A program made the position numbers and the translations under genes. The notes under the pieces were generated by a model that saw only the letters and a program-made list of their open reading frames with translations, did not search any database and was not told the DNA's origin. From the IMG/VR virus record IMGVR_UViG_3300009130_000015: a stretch of DNA of 64,000 bases, one strand, 5' to 3'. Of this stretch, positions 9,737-16,577 are shown piece by piece. Source of the DNA: a virus. The stretch's first letter is position 1. The number at the start of each line of letters is the position of its first letter.

Positions 9737-9765
9737 AAAAAGAGAGGTATTGGAGTACCTCTCTT
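9737..9765 (-). terminator. Intrinsic terminator
   Basis: 10-bp stem AAGAGAGGTA/TACCTCTCTT followed by a T-run on the minus strand. Confidence 0.75.
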
Positions 9766-9784
9766 AAGCGGGAATAAAGAACGT

Positions 9785-9907
9785 CTACTTTTTTAAAAGT
9801 TTCTTATGTGCCTTCTTAGCAGCTTTAACTGCTTGCTTTTCCTTTTCAGTTTTTTGGAATGTCTCCCTGTTTACTTTTGATTGTGGTTGTACTTGTGATA
9901 CTGACAT
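9785..9907 (-). CDS. Small basic protein (40 aa)
   Basis: MSVSQVQPQSKVNRETFQKTEKEKQAVKAAKKAHKKLLKK, preceded by a double TCACTAA leader and followed by a terminator. Confidence 0.6.
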   Translation of the reverse strand: MSVSQVQPQSKVNRETFQKTEKEKQAVKAAKKAHKKLLKK

Positions 9908-9925
9908 CTTTAGTGATTTTAGTGA

Positions 9926-10114
9926 TTAATATTTAGTTATTGCAATTAATGCTTTGATTGTAGTGTCATAGAACTTTCTTGACTCTCTCGCATGTTCAAT
10001 CTTCTCAGTCTTATTGTACTTTTCTCCAAGTTTTTGTGCCATATCTAATGTTTCATTGGATACTGATTTCAACTGTTTAACACTATCTTTTTTAAGCTTT
10101 GATAGTTTGCTCAT
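9926..10114 (-). CDS. Small hypothetical protein
   Basis: 62-aa ORF coupled to the upstream zinc-finger gene. Confidence 0.6.
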   Translation of the reverse strand: MSKLSKLKKDSVKQLKSVSNETLDMAQKLGEKYNKTEKIEHARESRKFYDTTIKALIAITKY

Positions 10115-10637
10115 GATTTTTTATTTTACGATTTATGATTAATTTTTCTCGATATACTTCTATTAATTCAGGTGTAATTTCCTCGCGTTTAATATTAGCA
10201 GAAGATTGTACAATTACTCTTTTCACATATACATCATCGAGAGTATCTCGTTGATTTTGTCCGTAAGCCCTTCTTTTTTGTATTTCTTCTTCAGTTCTTG
10301 GCTTTCTTTCTCTGTACTTTCTTTGCTTTTCATTTACTTTTTCACGATTATTTTTACCCCATTCTGCATTTTGTTTTCGAATAAACTCCGCATATTCAGG
10401 ATCATTCTTTCTTCTTTTTTTATTTATTTTCGAAGACATTGCAATCGCTTTTTTACGATATTCAGGATCATTTTTATACTTTTCTTTACGCCACTCATAT
10501 TGCCTCTCTCGGTTACATTGTTTGCATATATGAGGTATTCTGATTTTAATATATCCTGATTTTAACTTCGCTTTTACCATTTGGTATTCAGATAATTCTT
10601 TATCTTCTCCACACTTTCTACATACTCTAAATCCCAT
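10092..10637 (-). CDS. Zinc-finger (CxxC...CxxC) basic protein with no nuclease motif seen
   Basis: Start moved to MGFRVCRKCG. Contains CRKC and CKQC, a long basic helix, and a C-terminal ITPELIEVYREKL segment. Confidence 0.7.
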   Translation of the reverse strand: MGFRVCRKCGEDKELSEYQMVKAKLKSGYIKIRIPHICKQCNRERQYEWRKEKYKNDPEYRKKAIAMSSKINKKRRKNDPEYAEFIRKQNAEWGKNNREKVNEKQRKYRERKPRTEEEIQKRRAYGQNQRDTLDDVYVKRVIVQSSANIKREEITPELIEVYREKLIINRKIKNHEQTIKA

Positions 10638-10822
10638 AATGATCGTCGTTAAGGTAAATAATACAACATGCCAACACTGTGACACGCTTAGATGAGATGG
10701 ATAATCCACCTGCAGCACCACGAGTTACGTAGTATCTGTTTCCTGGCCCTCTCGATGCCTCTTGAATATAACGTTCAGGTGGCATGTGTGCTACATATCC
10801 TTCGATACGTATTAAATCAACA

Positions 10823-11224
10823 TTAGCCCTTCTTACTTTCATCGTGTATGATTTTACCATCACCTTCAATGAATGCAAATCCTTCGACAGCATTTTTGTT
10901 GAATACTTCAGGTAATGTATCAATGACACGTTGGATTTCTTCTTGGAAATCACCTGCGGGTATATCTTCAGTGAACTGAATGAAACACACTTTATTTGAT
11001 GTGTGTTGATCATAAGGAGTAGTACAACCAGCATGTGCACATCCTACATTTTCACATGTTTCTTTTCCTATTCTACCACTGTGGTGATCGTTAGCATATT
11101 TAATGTGTGCTGGTCCAATAGTATATGGATGTGGATGATGATTTACATCTGCTACATCTTTGATAGTTATTCTATCATCTTGTAACTCTTTTTCAATGAG
11201 TTCTTTGTATTCTTCATTTGACAT
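10823..11224 (-). CDS. Hypothetical Cys/His-rich protein
   Basis: Start moved to MSNEEYKEL, directly after a double TCACTAA leader. Contains HHPHP and CENVGCAHAGC. Confidence 0.7.
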   Translation of the reverse strand: MSNEEYKELIEKELQDDRITIKDVADVNHHPHPYTIGPAHIKYANDHHSGRIGKETCENVGCAHAGCTTPYDQHTSNKVCFIQFTEDIPAGDFQEEIQRVIDTLPEVFNKNAVEGFAFIEGDGKIIHDESKKG

Positions 11225-11247
11225 TAGTGAGTGTGATTTAGTGATTA

Positions 11248-11279
11248 AAAGAAAGCCTGAGATAATTAGTCTCAGGCTT
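11248..11279 (-). terminator. Intrinsic terminator
   Basis: 10-bp perfect stem AAGCCTGAGA/TCTCAGGCTT followed by TCTTTT on the minus strand. Confidence 0.7.
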
Positions 11280-11404
11280 ATATTTGACTGCAGTTTTGGC
11301 ATTTTATACTCTTACCTTGAGTATTCCGAGAATTCTATATCACCAACATAAACAATGCATTGGTCTATCGTTGGTTATTATCGGAACTGCGGTTAAAAAT
11401 TCAG

Positions 11405-11471
11405 TGAGAGACCGGGATTCGAACCCGAATAGCCTTTGTACTTTAGACTATATCTCCCAGAGCACCTCTCT
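11405..11471 (-). ncRNA. tRNA-like element with a canonical T-arm and non-canonical D and anticodon arms
   Basis: Minus strand reads GAGAGG-TG-CTCTGGGAG-AT-ATAGTC-TAAAGTACAAA-GGCTAT-TCGGG-TTCGAAT-CCCGG-TCTCTCA. Acceptor and T stems pair. No CCA end. Confidence 0.5.
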
Positions 11472-11491
11472 TGATAGATGTTTTTCGGTCA

Positions 11492-11629
11492 TCATTTGGG
11501 TAGAGATTTGCATTCTACATTATTAGGTGATAAACATGCAGATCTATTACATACACCTCTAAGCTCACCTTTGTTCTTAGGTGTTGGCTTAGGGCCATCG
11601 TTTTTCTTTTGTATGTTACTCATTCCCAT
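11492..11629 (-). CDS. Small hypothetical protein (45 aa)
   Basis: Hand translation MGMSNIQKKNDGPKPTPKNKGELRGVYNRSACLSPNNVECKSLPK. The start overlaps the upstream stop. Confidence 0.5.
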   Translation of the reverse strand: MGMSNIQKKNDGPKPTPKNKGELRGVCNRSACLSPNNVECKSLPK

Positions 11630-11859
11630 TATGATATTGTTACAAGTTCGTCTTCGTGTAATACTTTGAATGGTGTGTTATTCATTGCAACGCCAGATGT
11701 TACAGTTATTAGCTGTGGATTTACTCCTTGATCAAATAGTTCTTTAACTCTTTTCATTGCTTCAAAGTGACCATCCATTCTCATCTGATTTATCAGCTTT
11801 GTTACTTCTACAGATGACATTTCATCATCTTTGTGTAGTACTATTATTACTTCTTTCAT
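11629..11859 (-). CDS. Hypothetical protein
   Basis: 76-aa ORF with a TCACTAA leader. Confidence 0.65.
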   Translation of the reverse strand: MKEVIIVLHKDDEMSSVEVTKLINQMRMDGHFEAMKRVKELFDQGVNPQLITVTSGVAMNNTPFKVLHEDELVTIS

Positions 11860-11915
11860 TGGATTAGTGTTTTAGTGATTTGCCGGTCTTTCATAGCCCA
11901 GGCTATAAGAGTGTT

Positions 11916-11948
11916 AAAAATGAGGAGAGCGTTCGGTCCACTCTCCTC
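11916..11948 (-). terminator. Intrinsic terminator
   Basis: 8-bp stem GAGGAGAG/CTCTCCTC followed by ATTTTT on the minus strand. Confidence 0.65.
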
Positions 11949-11959
11949 TAAATGATAGG

Positions 11960-12133
11960 TTAGGCTGCAGATGATTCTACTGCTTCGCTAAATAATTCAA
12001 GATTCATTTGATCTTGTATTTCTGATGGTGCGTCACCATCTATGGATGCTAAGTCGAACATGTTAACGTCACGACTACTCTCATTCTTAAGAGTTTCCAT
12101 CCACATCATTTTTCCTAAGTTTCCTTTTACCAT
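11960..12133 (-). CDS. Small acidic protein (57 aa)
   Basis: Hand translation MVKGNLGKMMWMETLKNESSRDVNMFDLASIDGDAPSEIQDQMNLELFSEAVESSAA, with a TCACTAA leader and a downstream terminator. Confidence 0.65.
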   Translation of the reverse strand: MVKGNLGKMMWMETLKNESSRDVNMFDLASIDGDAPSEIQDQMNLELFSEAVESSAA

Positions 12134-12169
12134 GATGTATGTGTTTTTAGTGATTATATTAATTAGTGA

Positions 12170-12454
12170 TTAGTTGTTATTTATTTCTGTAAATGTTCTT
12201 GGACCTTTATAATCATCATTCATGATTATTATAACATTGGTATCCATTGGTAATCTATAAGAATTAAATATTTCATTTACGTTACTTCTTGATAAGTCTT
12301 CATAGTGAAATGTGACTGTTTTTGGTTTGATGTCCATACCATCAATGAAGTGAAATGTATTATGTTTTGGTGAAAACATCCAGAAGGGTTGCTTCACATG
12401 ATCTACTGTTTTAGATAACTCTTCAACAGTTATCATCTTACCTTCAATATCCAT
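12170..12454 (-). CDS. Hypothetical protein
   Basis: Start moved to MDIEGKMIT, immediately after the leader TCACTAATTAATATAATCACT. Confidence 0.65.
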   Translation of the reverse strand: MDIEGKMITVEELSKTVDHVKQPFWMFSPKHNTFHFIDGMDIKPKTVTFHYEDLSRSNVNEIFNSYRLPMDTNVIIIMNDDYKGPRTFTEINNN

Positions 12455-12482
12455 AGTGATTATATTAATTAGTGAGAAATTT

Positions 12483-12668
12483 TTAGCAATACTCTCCACC
12501 GATCATTTCATCAGTGTTTATGGTGTGAATACCATCTACATATCGAGTTAATTGCTCTTTGATTTGTTTTTTACCTCTTTCCAATGCTTTATCAACATCG
12601 TCAGTATCTACATCAACGTCGAACTCAACGTCAATTGTTATTTTTCCTGCTACAAAGTGTGTTGCCAT
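12483..12668 (-). CDS. Small hypothetical protein
   Basis: 61-aa ORF in the early gene array. Confidence 0.6.
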   Translation of the reverse strand: MATHFVAGKITIDVEFDVDVDTDDVDKALERGKKQIKEQLTRYVDGIHTINTDEMIGGEYC

Positions 12669-12686
12669 GATATAATGTTTTAGTTT

Positions 12687-13154
12687 TTATAGTTCATCAG
12701 GATGCATGTATAAATGCTCTGATATTAACTCTCGACCTTTACCTACAGGTGGTGGACCAAAGCGTATTTGACCGTTCATGTTAGCAATTACCCATGCTTC
12801 TTTACGATCAACCCAACGATTGTGAGATGTTAAGAAACCTTGATGTTTCCTGTCTTCAGTATACATTTGCATTGCTTCCTTGGATGTGTGTTCTTCGCAT
12901 TGCGACTGTAGTTCTTCACAGTCAGCGTGTCTATAACCAGGATAGACTCTGTTACCTATCTTGTTAGCTGCACATACAATGAACTCAGTTGTGAAACCAA
13001 GTGGTTCATACTTATGACTTATTCTCACGAACTCATCATAAGTAACACCTGTTCCATCAGAGTCTGGTTGTGATGGCGGACGTACATCCGACTCATCATC
13101 ATACCATTTAACTACTTTTAGTAGTGATTTAACATCTTTTAATATTCCCATCAC
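12687..13154 (-). CDS. Conserved phage hypothetical protein (GYRH...QGFLTS...DRKEAW...SEHLY pattern)
   Basis: The motif pattern resembles a recurrent phage family of unknown function (recalled, not searched). Confidence 0.7.
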   Translation of the reverse strand: MMGILKDVKSLLKVVKWYDDESDVRPPSQPDSDGTGVTYDEFVRISHKYEPLGFTTEFIVCAANKIGNRVYPGYRHADCEELQSQCEEHTSKEAMQMYTEDRKHQGFLTSHNRWVDRKEAWVIANMNGQIRFGPPPVGKGRELISEHLYMHPDEL

Positions 13155-13423
13155 TTAACTTCTTTAAAGTTATAGTAAACGTAGTCTGCATCGGGTTGTA
13201 TCTCAATGATACCTCCCATATAGTTCACATATTTCAGTGCATCTTTGTGAAAGATATACTCTTCTCCATCAAGGTTGATGAACACTTTATCAGCATCTTG
13301 GTTTATACCATGAGTGATAGTTAATACTGGTTGCTCAATCTCTTGATCATATAAGAACAGAGAGAGTAGTGTGAACGCTACACCTACTAAGGTGCCAAAT
13401 AACATGTTTGTTAGGTTTTTCAT
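13151..13423 (-). CDS. Hypothetical protein with N-terminal membrane anchor
   Basis: Start moved to MKNLTNMLFGTLVGVAFTLLSLFLY. The region upstream is hairpin-rich and looks non-coding. Confidence 0.65.
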   Translation of the reverse strand: MKNLTNMLFGTLVGVAFTLLSLFLYDQEIEQPVLTITHGINQDADKVFINLDGEEYIFHKDALKYVNYMGGIIEIQPDADYVYYNFKEVK

Positions 13424-13465
13424 TAGTAAGAAATTTTTATGGTTTGTTTGGTTTAATTCAGTTTT

Positions 13466-13498
13466 AAAAGAAACCCTGCATATTTCATCAGGGTTTCT
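13466..13498 (-). terminator. Intrinsic terminator
   Basis: 10-bp perfect stem AGAAACCCTG/CAGGGTTTCT followed by TTT on the minus strand. Confidence 0.6.
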
Positions 13499-13673
13499 AT
13501 GTTGTAATGATCTTTGAGGATTGTCCCTCTCAATCTTGTCTATTAGTGTGATCAATACACTGATGTTCGGCAAATACTGTGATTTACACGTCTTACGTTG
13601 CCTGTAACCCTCATGTGATGATGAACACCTTTACATCACGAGGTCGTGTCATTTAAGAGGACACGTCACTATT

Positions 13674-13946
13674 TTAAATGTCTTTTACATATCTCTGTAC
13701 AACTGGTAATTGTTTGGCTTTAGTGATAGCCATACCAAGTGGTAACAACATACCGCCATTTAATACGGCATTGTATTGTTCAATAGCAACATTAAGACCA
13801 GATGTGTAGTCTGGCCCATTACTACTGTGTCTTGCGACGAAATTTAATAGTTTATCATCTGCAATACAGATGTATAAATCATATTCTTTCCATCGATCTA
13901 AAAATATGCACGCATCACAGTCGTGCTCGTATCTCTTTGTATTCAT
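13674..13946 (-). CDS. Conserved phage hypothetical protein (HDC..C.FL...DLY.C pattern)
   Basis: Contains YEHDCDACIFL, YDLYIC and ARHSSNGPDYTSG. Confidence 0.7.
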   Translation of the reverse strand: MNTKRYEHDCDACIFLDRWKEYDLYICIADDKLLNFVARHSSNGPDYTSGLNVAIEQYNAVLNGGMLLPLGMAITKAKQLPVVQRYVKDI

Positions 13947-14022
13947 TTAAAAAGTCTTCCCAGGTTAATGTTGATTGAGTCATCCACTTTTTGTAGAGGT
14001 TGATGTAGTATTGTAATCCCAT
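13915..14022 (-). CDS. Possible micro-protein (35 aa)
   Basis: Hand translation MGLQYYINLYKKWMTQSTLTWEDFLNEYKEIRARL. Overlaps the next gene by 32 nt. Confidence 0.35.
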   Translation of the reverse strand: MGLQYYINLYKKWMTQSTLTWEDFLNEYKEIRARL

Positions 14023-14118
14023 AGTAGTTAGATTAAAAAAGGTCCTAAAAATACAAGAACATCAAGCCCTACTGTTATAAGTAGAACTTGTATCTTAGTG
14101 ATTTTAGTGATTTAGTGA

Positions 14119-14283
14119 TAAAATATAGGCTACCAACTCCTATTGTTGCTCGATATCTTAGCAGATCTGACGTAAGTTAATTACTCTTACTGGACCAACA
14201 CTCATGGGGTTGGTGGTTACCGTTCAGCCGGTTCACGCTTGTACAACTTGGTTTGAGATGTGTTGTACAACACCTATATTTTA
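14119..14283 (-). ncRNA. Candidate multibranch structured non-coding RNA
   Basis: An 11-bp perfect inverted repeat (TAAAATATAGG/CCTATATTTTA) closes a region with internal stems of 9, 3, 6, 5 and 4 bp. No useful ORF. Strand inferred from the flanking genes. Confidence 0.55.
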
Positions 14284-14299
14284 ATTCGGAAACTCCGAT

Positions 14300-14470
14300 T
14301 TAAGGCATTGGTGCAAGGATTAATAAATCCTCATACATCTCTTCATTGTTATGGAGATCACATGAGTCTACCATCAGGTTACCAACAAACATCTCAAGAT
14401 GATGAGTGTGTGTCTTAAAGATAACTGGTATGTCAGCAGGTAATGGTTTGTATTTTCTTAAACTTAGCAT
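14300..14470 (-). CDS. Small hypothetical protein (56 aa)
   Basis: Hand translation MLSLRKYKPLPADIPVIFKTHTHHLEMFVGNLMVDSCDLHNNEEMYEDLLILAPMP, with an A-rich leader. Confidence 0.5.
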   Translation of the reverse strand: MLSLRKYKPLPADIPVIFKTHTHHLEMFVGNLMVDSCDLHNNEEMYEDLLILAPMP

Positions 14471-14700
14471 GATAATAGGTTTTACAAGGCAATAACGATG
14501 ATGTTTTATGCCGGTTGGTTTAGTGTGTATATGGTGTACTTTTCTCTTTTACTATAGCTCATGGATTTATGAGTGATATGGCGAAATGATGGAATTGAGA
14601 GTTATGTGGGCTGTCCAACACCTTCTACCTCACACAGTTATGACACCAAAAGCATGTATGCTTCGGCTTAGACTGGAGGCTTCTGCTTAGATAGGCTGTT

Positions 14701-14727
14701 TTAAAAAGAGGAGACCCGAAGGTCTCC
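14701..14727 (-). terminator. Intrinsic terminator with a UUCG tetraloop
   Basis: Minus strand reads GGAGACC-TTCG-GGTCTCC-TCTTTTT, just after the stop of ORF 14734-14988. Confidence 0.85.
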
Positions 14728-14733
14728 GTCTGA

Positions 14734-14988
14734 TTAAGCTGTTAGCCACTTGAACGTTCTCATGACACCTGTTTCAGGGTCAACTGTCTGTGATTCTCTG
14801 ATACCGAATGCCGATATGTCGAATTCCTTCGGACATGGCCCAACCTCTGCTTGCTCTGCAAGTTCGATGTAGTACCAATCCTTCTGGATTGACTTGAAAC
14901 CACCAACCTCAACAACTGAGTTTTTAGCGATTGTTGTGATGAATGTTCCTTGTTCTGTTTTTTCTGATTTCGTGATTGCGAATTCCAT
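14734..14988 (-). CDS. First leftward early gene, hypothetical
   Basis: 84-aa ORF with a TCACTAA leader and its own terminator. Confidence 0.75.
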   Translation of the reverse strand: MEFAITKSEKTEQGTFITTIAKNSVVEVGGFKSIQKDWYYIELAEQAEVGPCPKEFDISAFGIRESQTVDPETGVMRTFKWLTA

Positions 14989-15092
14989 GATACTTTTGTT
15001 TGATTAGTGAATGGGGGTACACCGTGTTCCCGCCAATGCATAGGGGGAGGTTTGATAAAGGACTCCAACACTGAATACCCCGCACAAAAAAT

Positions 15093-15593
15093 ATGAAAAA
15101 AAATATATACACAAGTTTGGTGTACAAGAAAGTTTACCATATCTTTGGGATGTACAAAACGTACAATATGGGGACAGAATCGAACTACATCATGAAGGCA
15201 CTATACCGTAAGGACAAGTTTATCAAGGACTTACCCTCTTCTGATATGTATCGAAGACTTCTCTATAATGACGACTACACCAACGAGGAAATCATACTCT
15301 TTGAGGCAATACTACAACTCAAGAGGATACATGGGAACGGTTTCACATACGCATTCTCTCTCTTCAATCGATTGACACGTTTATCCAGAAGGAAGTTCGA
15401 AAGAGCCAGACAAGGACTCGTGGATCGATTAATCATAGAGGTAGAAGATGGTGGTTTCAAACAGCCGAACAAATACACTGTTAGAACCGCTACAATATGT
15501 GCCAACCTGCACAGGGTATATGATCTCCGAAAACTGGATAAGAAGGATGTGGCTTTTGTTTCTCACGATATCAGAGACTGGCTAACTACCTGA
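15093..15593 (+). CDS. Winged helix-turn-helix DNA-binding protein (replication-initiator or regulator-like)
   Basis: The segment FSLFNRLTRLSRRKFERARQGLVDRLIIEVEDGGFKQPNKYTV fits an HTH plus wing. The true start is probably downstream (15150, 15168 or 15192). Confidence 0.65.
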   Translation: MKKNIYTSLVYKKVYHIFGMYKTYNMGTESNYIMKALYRKDKFIKDLPSSDMYRRLLYNDDYTNEEIILFEAILQLKRIHGNGFTYAFSLFNRLTRLSRRKFERARQGLVDRLIIEVEDGGFKQPNKYTVRTATICANLHRVYDLRKLDKKDVAFVSHDIRDWLTT

Positions 15594-15695
15594 TAATCCA
15601 CATGGTGTACAAAACGTACAACACGTTGTACAAAATGTACAGCATAGTTAATATATATTTTACTTACATCTAACTATAATGTACAAAACGTACAA
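15151..15695 (+). repeat. Dispersed direct repeats TGTACAAAACGTACAA (three exact copies, one variant)
   Basis: Exact copies at 15151-15166, 15606-15621 and 15680-15695. Variant TGTACAAAATGTACA at 15627-15641. Half-site TGTACAA at 15121. Confidence 0.85.
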
Positions 15696-16146
15696 CATGG
15701 AGAAGGAAAGAGGAATAATGATGTTAAAAGAAACACTTGGATATTACACACCTGAACTTGAAGAGTTCCATATGGGATTCGAATACGAGATGTATATCCC
15801 TGGAACAAACTTCCTGTATAGCAAAGAAGTGTTCCGCCCACTACTTGTGAATGGTGTAGTTAACACATTTGACAGAGGTCTTCAGAAAGGGTGGTTGAGG
15901 GTGAAGTGTTTCGATAAGGATGATGTGACTGATCTCGGATACCCACTTGATGAATGGTTTCCAGGTAAGGGGAAATATGGTGGTACTTACATGATACACG
16001 TTACACCATCTATGCGAATTACAGTGTCCATCAAGGATATCATGAGAAATGGTTCGGGTGACTTCAAGAAGTTGGATATCATCTACCGACTTAAACTGAA
16101 GAATAAGTCAGAGCTAAAAAAACTTTTAAAACAATTGGGAATATGA
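15679..16146 (+). CDS. Hypothetical protein
   Basis: Contains YYTPELEEFHMGFEYE and RVKCFDKDDVTDLG. The first codons overlap the repeat, so the true start is probably 15697 or later. Confidence 0.7.
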   Translation: MYKTYNMEKERGIMMLKETLGYYTPELEEFHMGFEYEMYIPGTNFLYSKEVFRPLLVNGVVNTFDRGLQKGWLRVKCFDKDDVTDLGYPLDEWFPGKGKYGGTYMIHVTPSMRITVSIKDIMRNGSGDFKKLDIIYRLKLKNKSELKKLLKQLGI

Positions 16147-16577
16147 ATAACAAAGATTTTGAAGAGTTAGGATTTAGTAATATAGCTGGGTGGAGTGCGC
16201 CTGGCATGCAAACTATCAACGAGTATAAGAAGGATAACTTCAAACTGACTCACTCAATGCCAGATGACTGTGTATTGATTTCCGTAGACGAACGCACTCA
16301 CCATATTGGTGTCTTTAAATCGAAGATTAGTTTAGAGACTAAATTGTCTGACATGCAGTATTTAGTTAGACCGAGTAATCAACTACATGTTGCGATTGAA
16401 CTTAAACCAGATCAAAGATTCCTTGCGGGAGACCTTTGGAGATACAAGTTCACCCACCATGGTAAGTTGAAGTTGGTAAGCAATATAAATGTGGAGTACT
16501 ATTGCGACACACTTGAAGAAGCACAAAAATCATACGATCCATTGGAGATTGTATCAGTTCAAATTAAAAAGATATGA
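16143..16577 (+). CDS. Hypothetical protein
   Basis: 144 aa, ATGA-coupled at both ends. Confidence 0.65.
   Translation: MNNKDFEELGFSNIAGWSAPGMQTINEYKKDNFKLTHSMPDDCVLISVDERTHHIGVFKSKISLETKLSDMQYLVRPSNQLHVAIELKPDQRFLAGDLWRYKFTHHGKLKLVSNINVEYYCDTLEEAQKSYDPLEIVSVQIKKI

Noticed and set aside
10092-10637. HNH or endonuclease VII homing endonuclease
   Set aside because: The N-terminal zinc finger is present, but no HNH or Endo VII catalytic motif follows.
10627-11040. 137-aa ORF in the track
   Set aside because: It mostly overlaps the better-supported 10823-11224 gene in another frame and lacks a credible leader. A short C-terminal part might still be coding.
11279-11286. Plus-strand TATATTTG as an antisense promoter in the early region
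   Set aside because: It has no -33 element and no downstream plus-strand gene, and such an AT-rich match is expected by chance.
14119-14283. Retron msr-msd or DGR template interpretation of the inverted-repeat element
   Set aside because: No reverse transcriptase motif (YADD-type) is visible in this window, and I saw no TR/VR pair. It cannot be excluded for the rest of the genome.
14760-15140. 126-aa and 67-aa minus-strand ORFs spanning the divergence point
   Set aside because: They overlap the well-supported 14734-14988 gene and the regulatory interval, and their composition is atypical.
14095-15700. CRISPR array or mini-array
   Set aside because: The repeats are short (7-16 nt), irregularly spaced, and have no uniform spacers or nearby cas genes.
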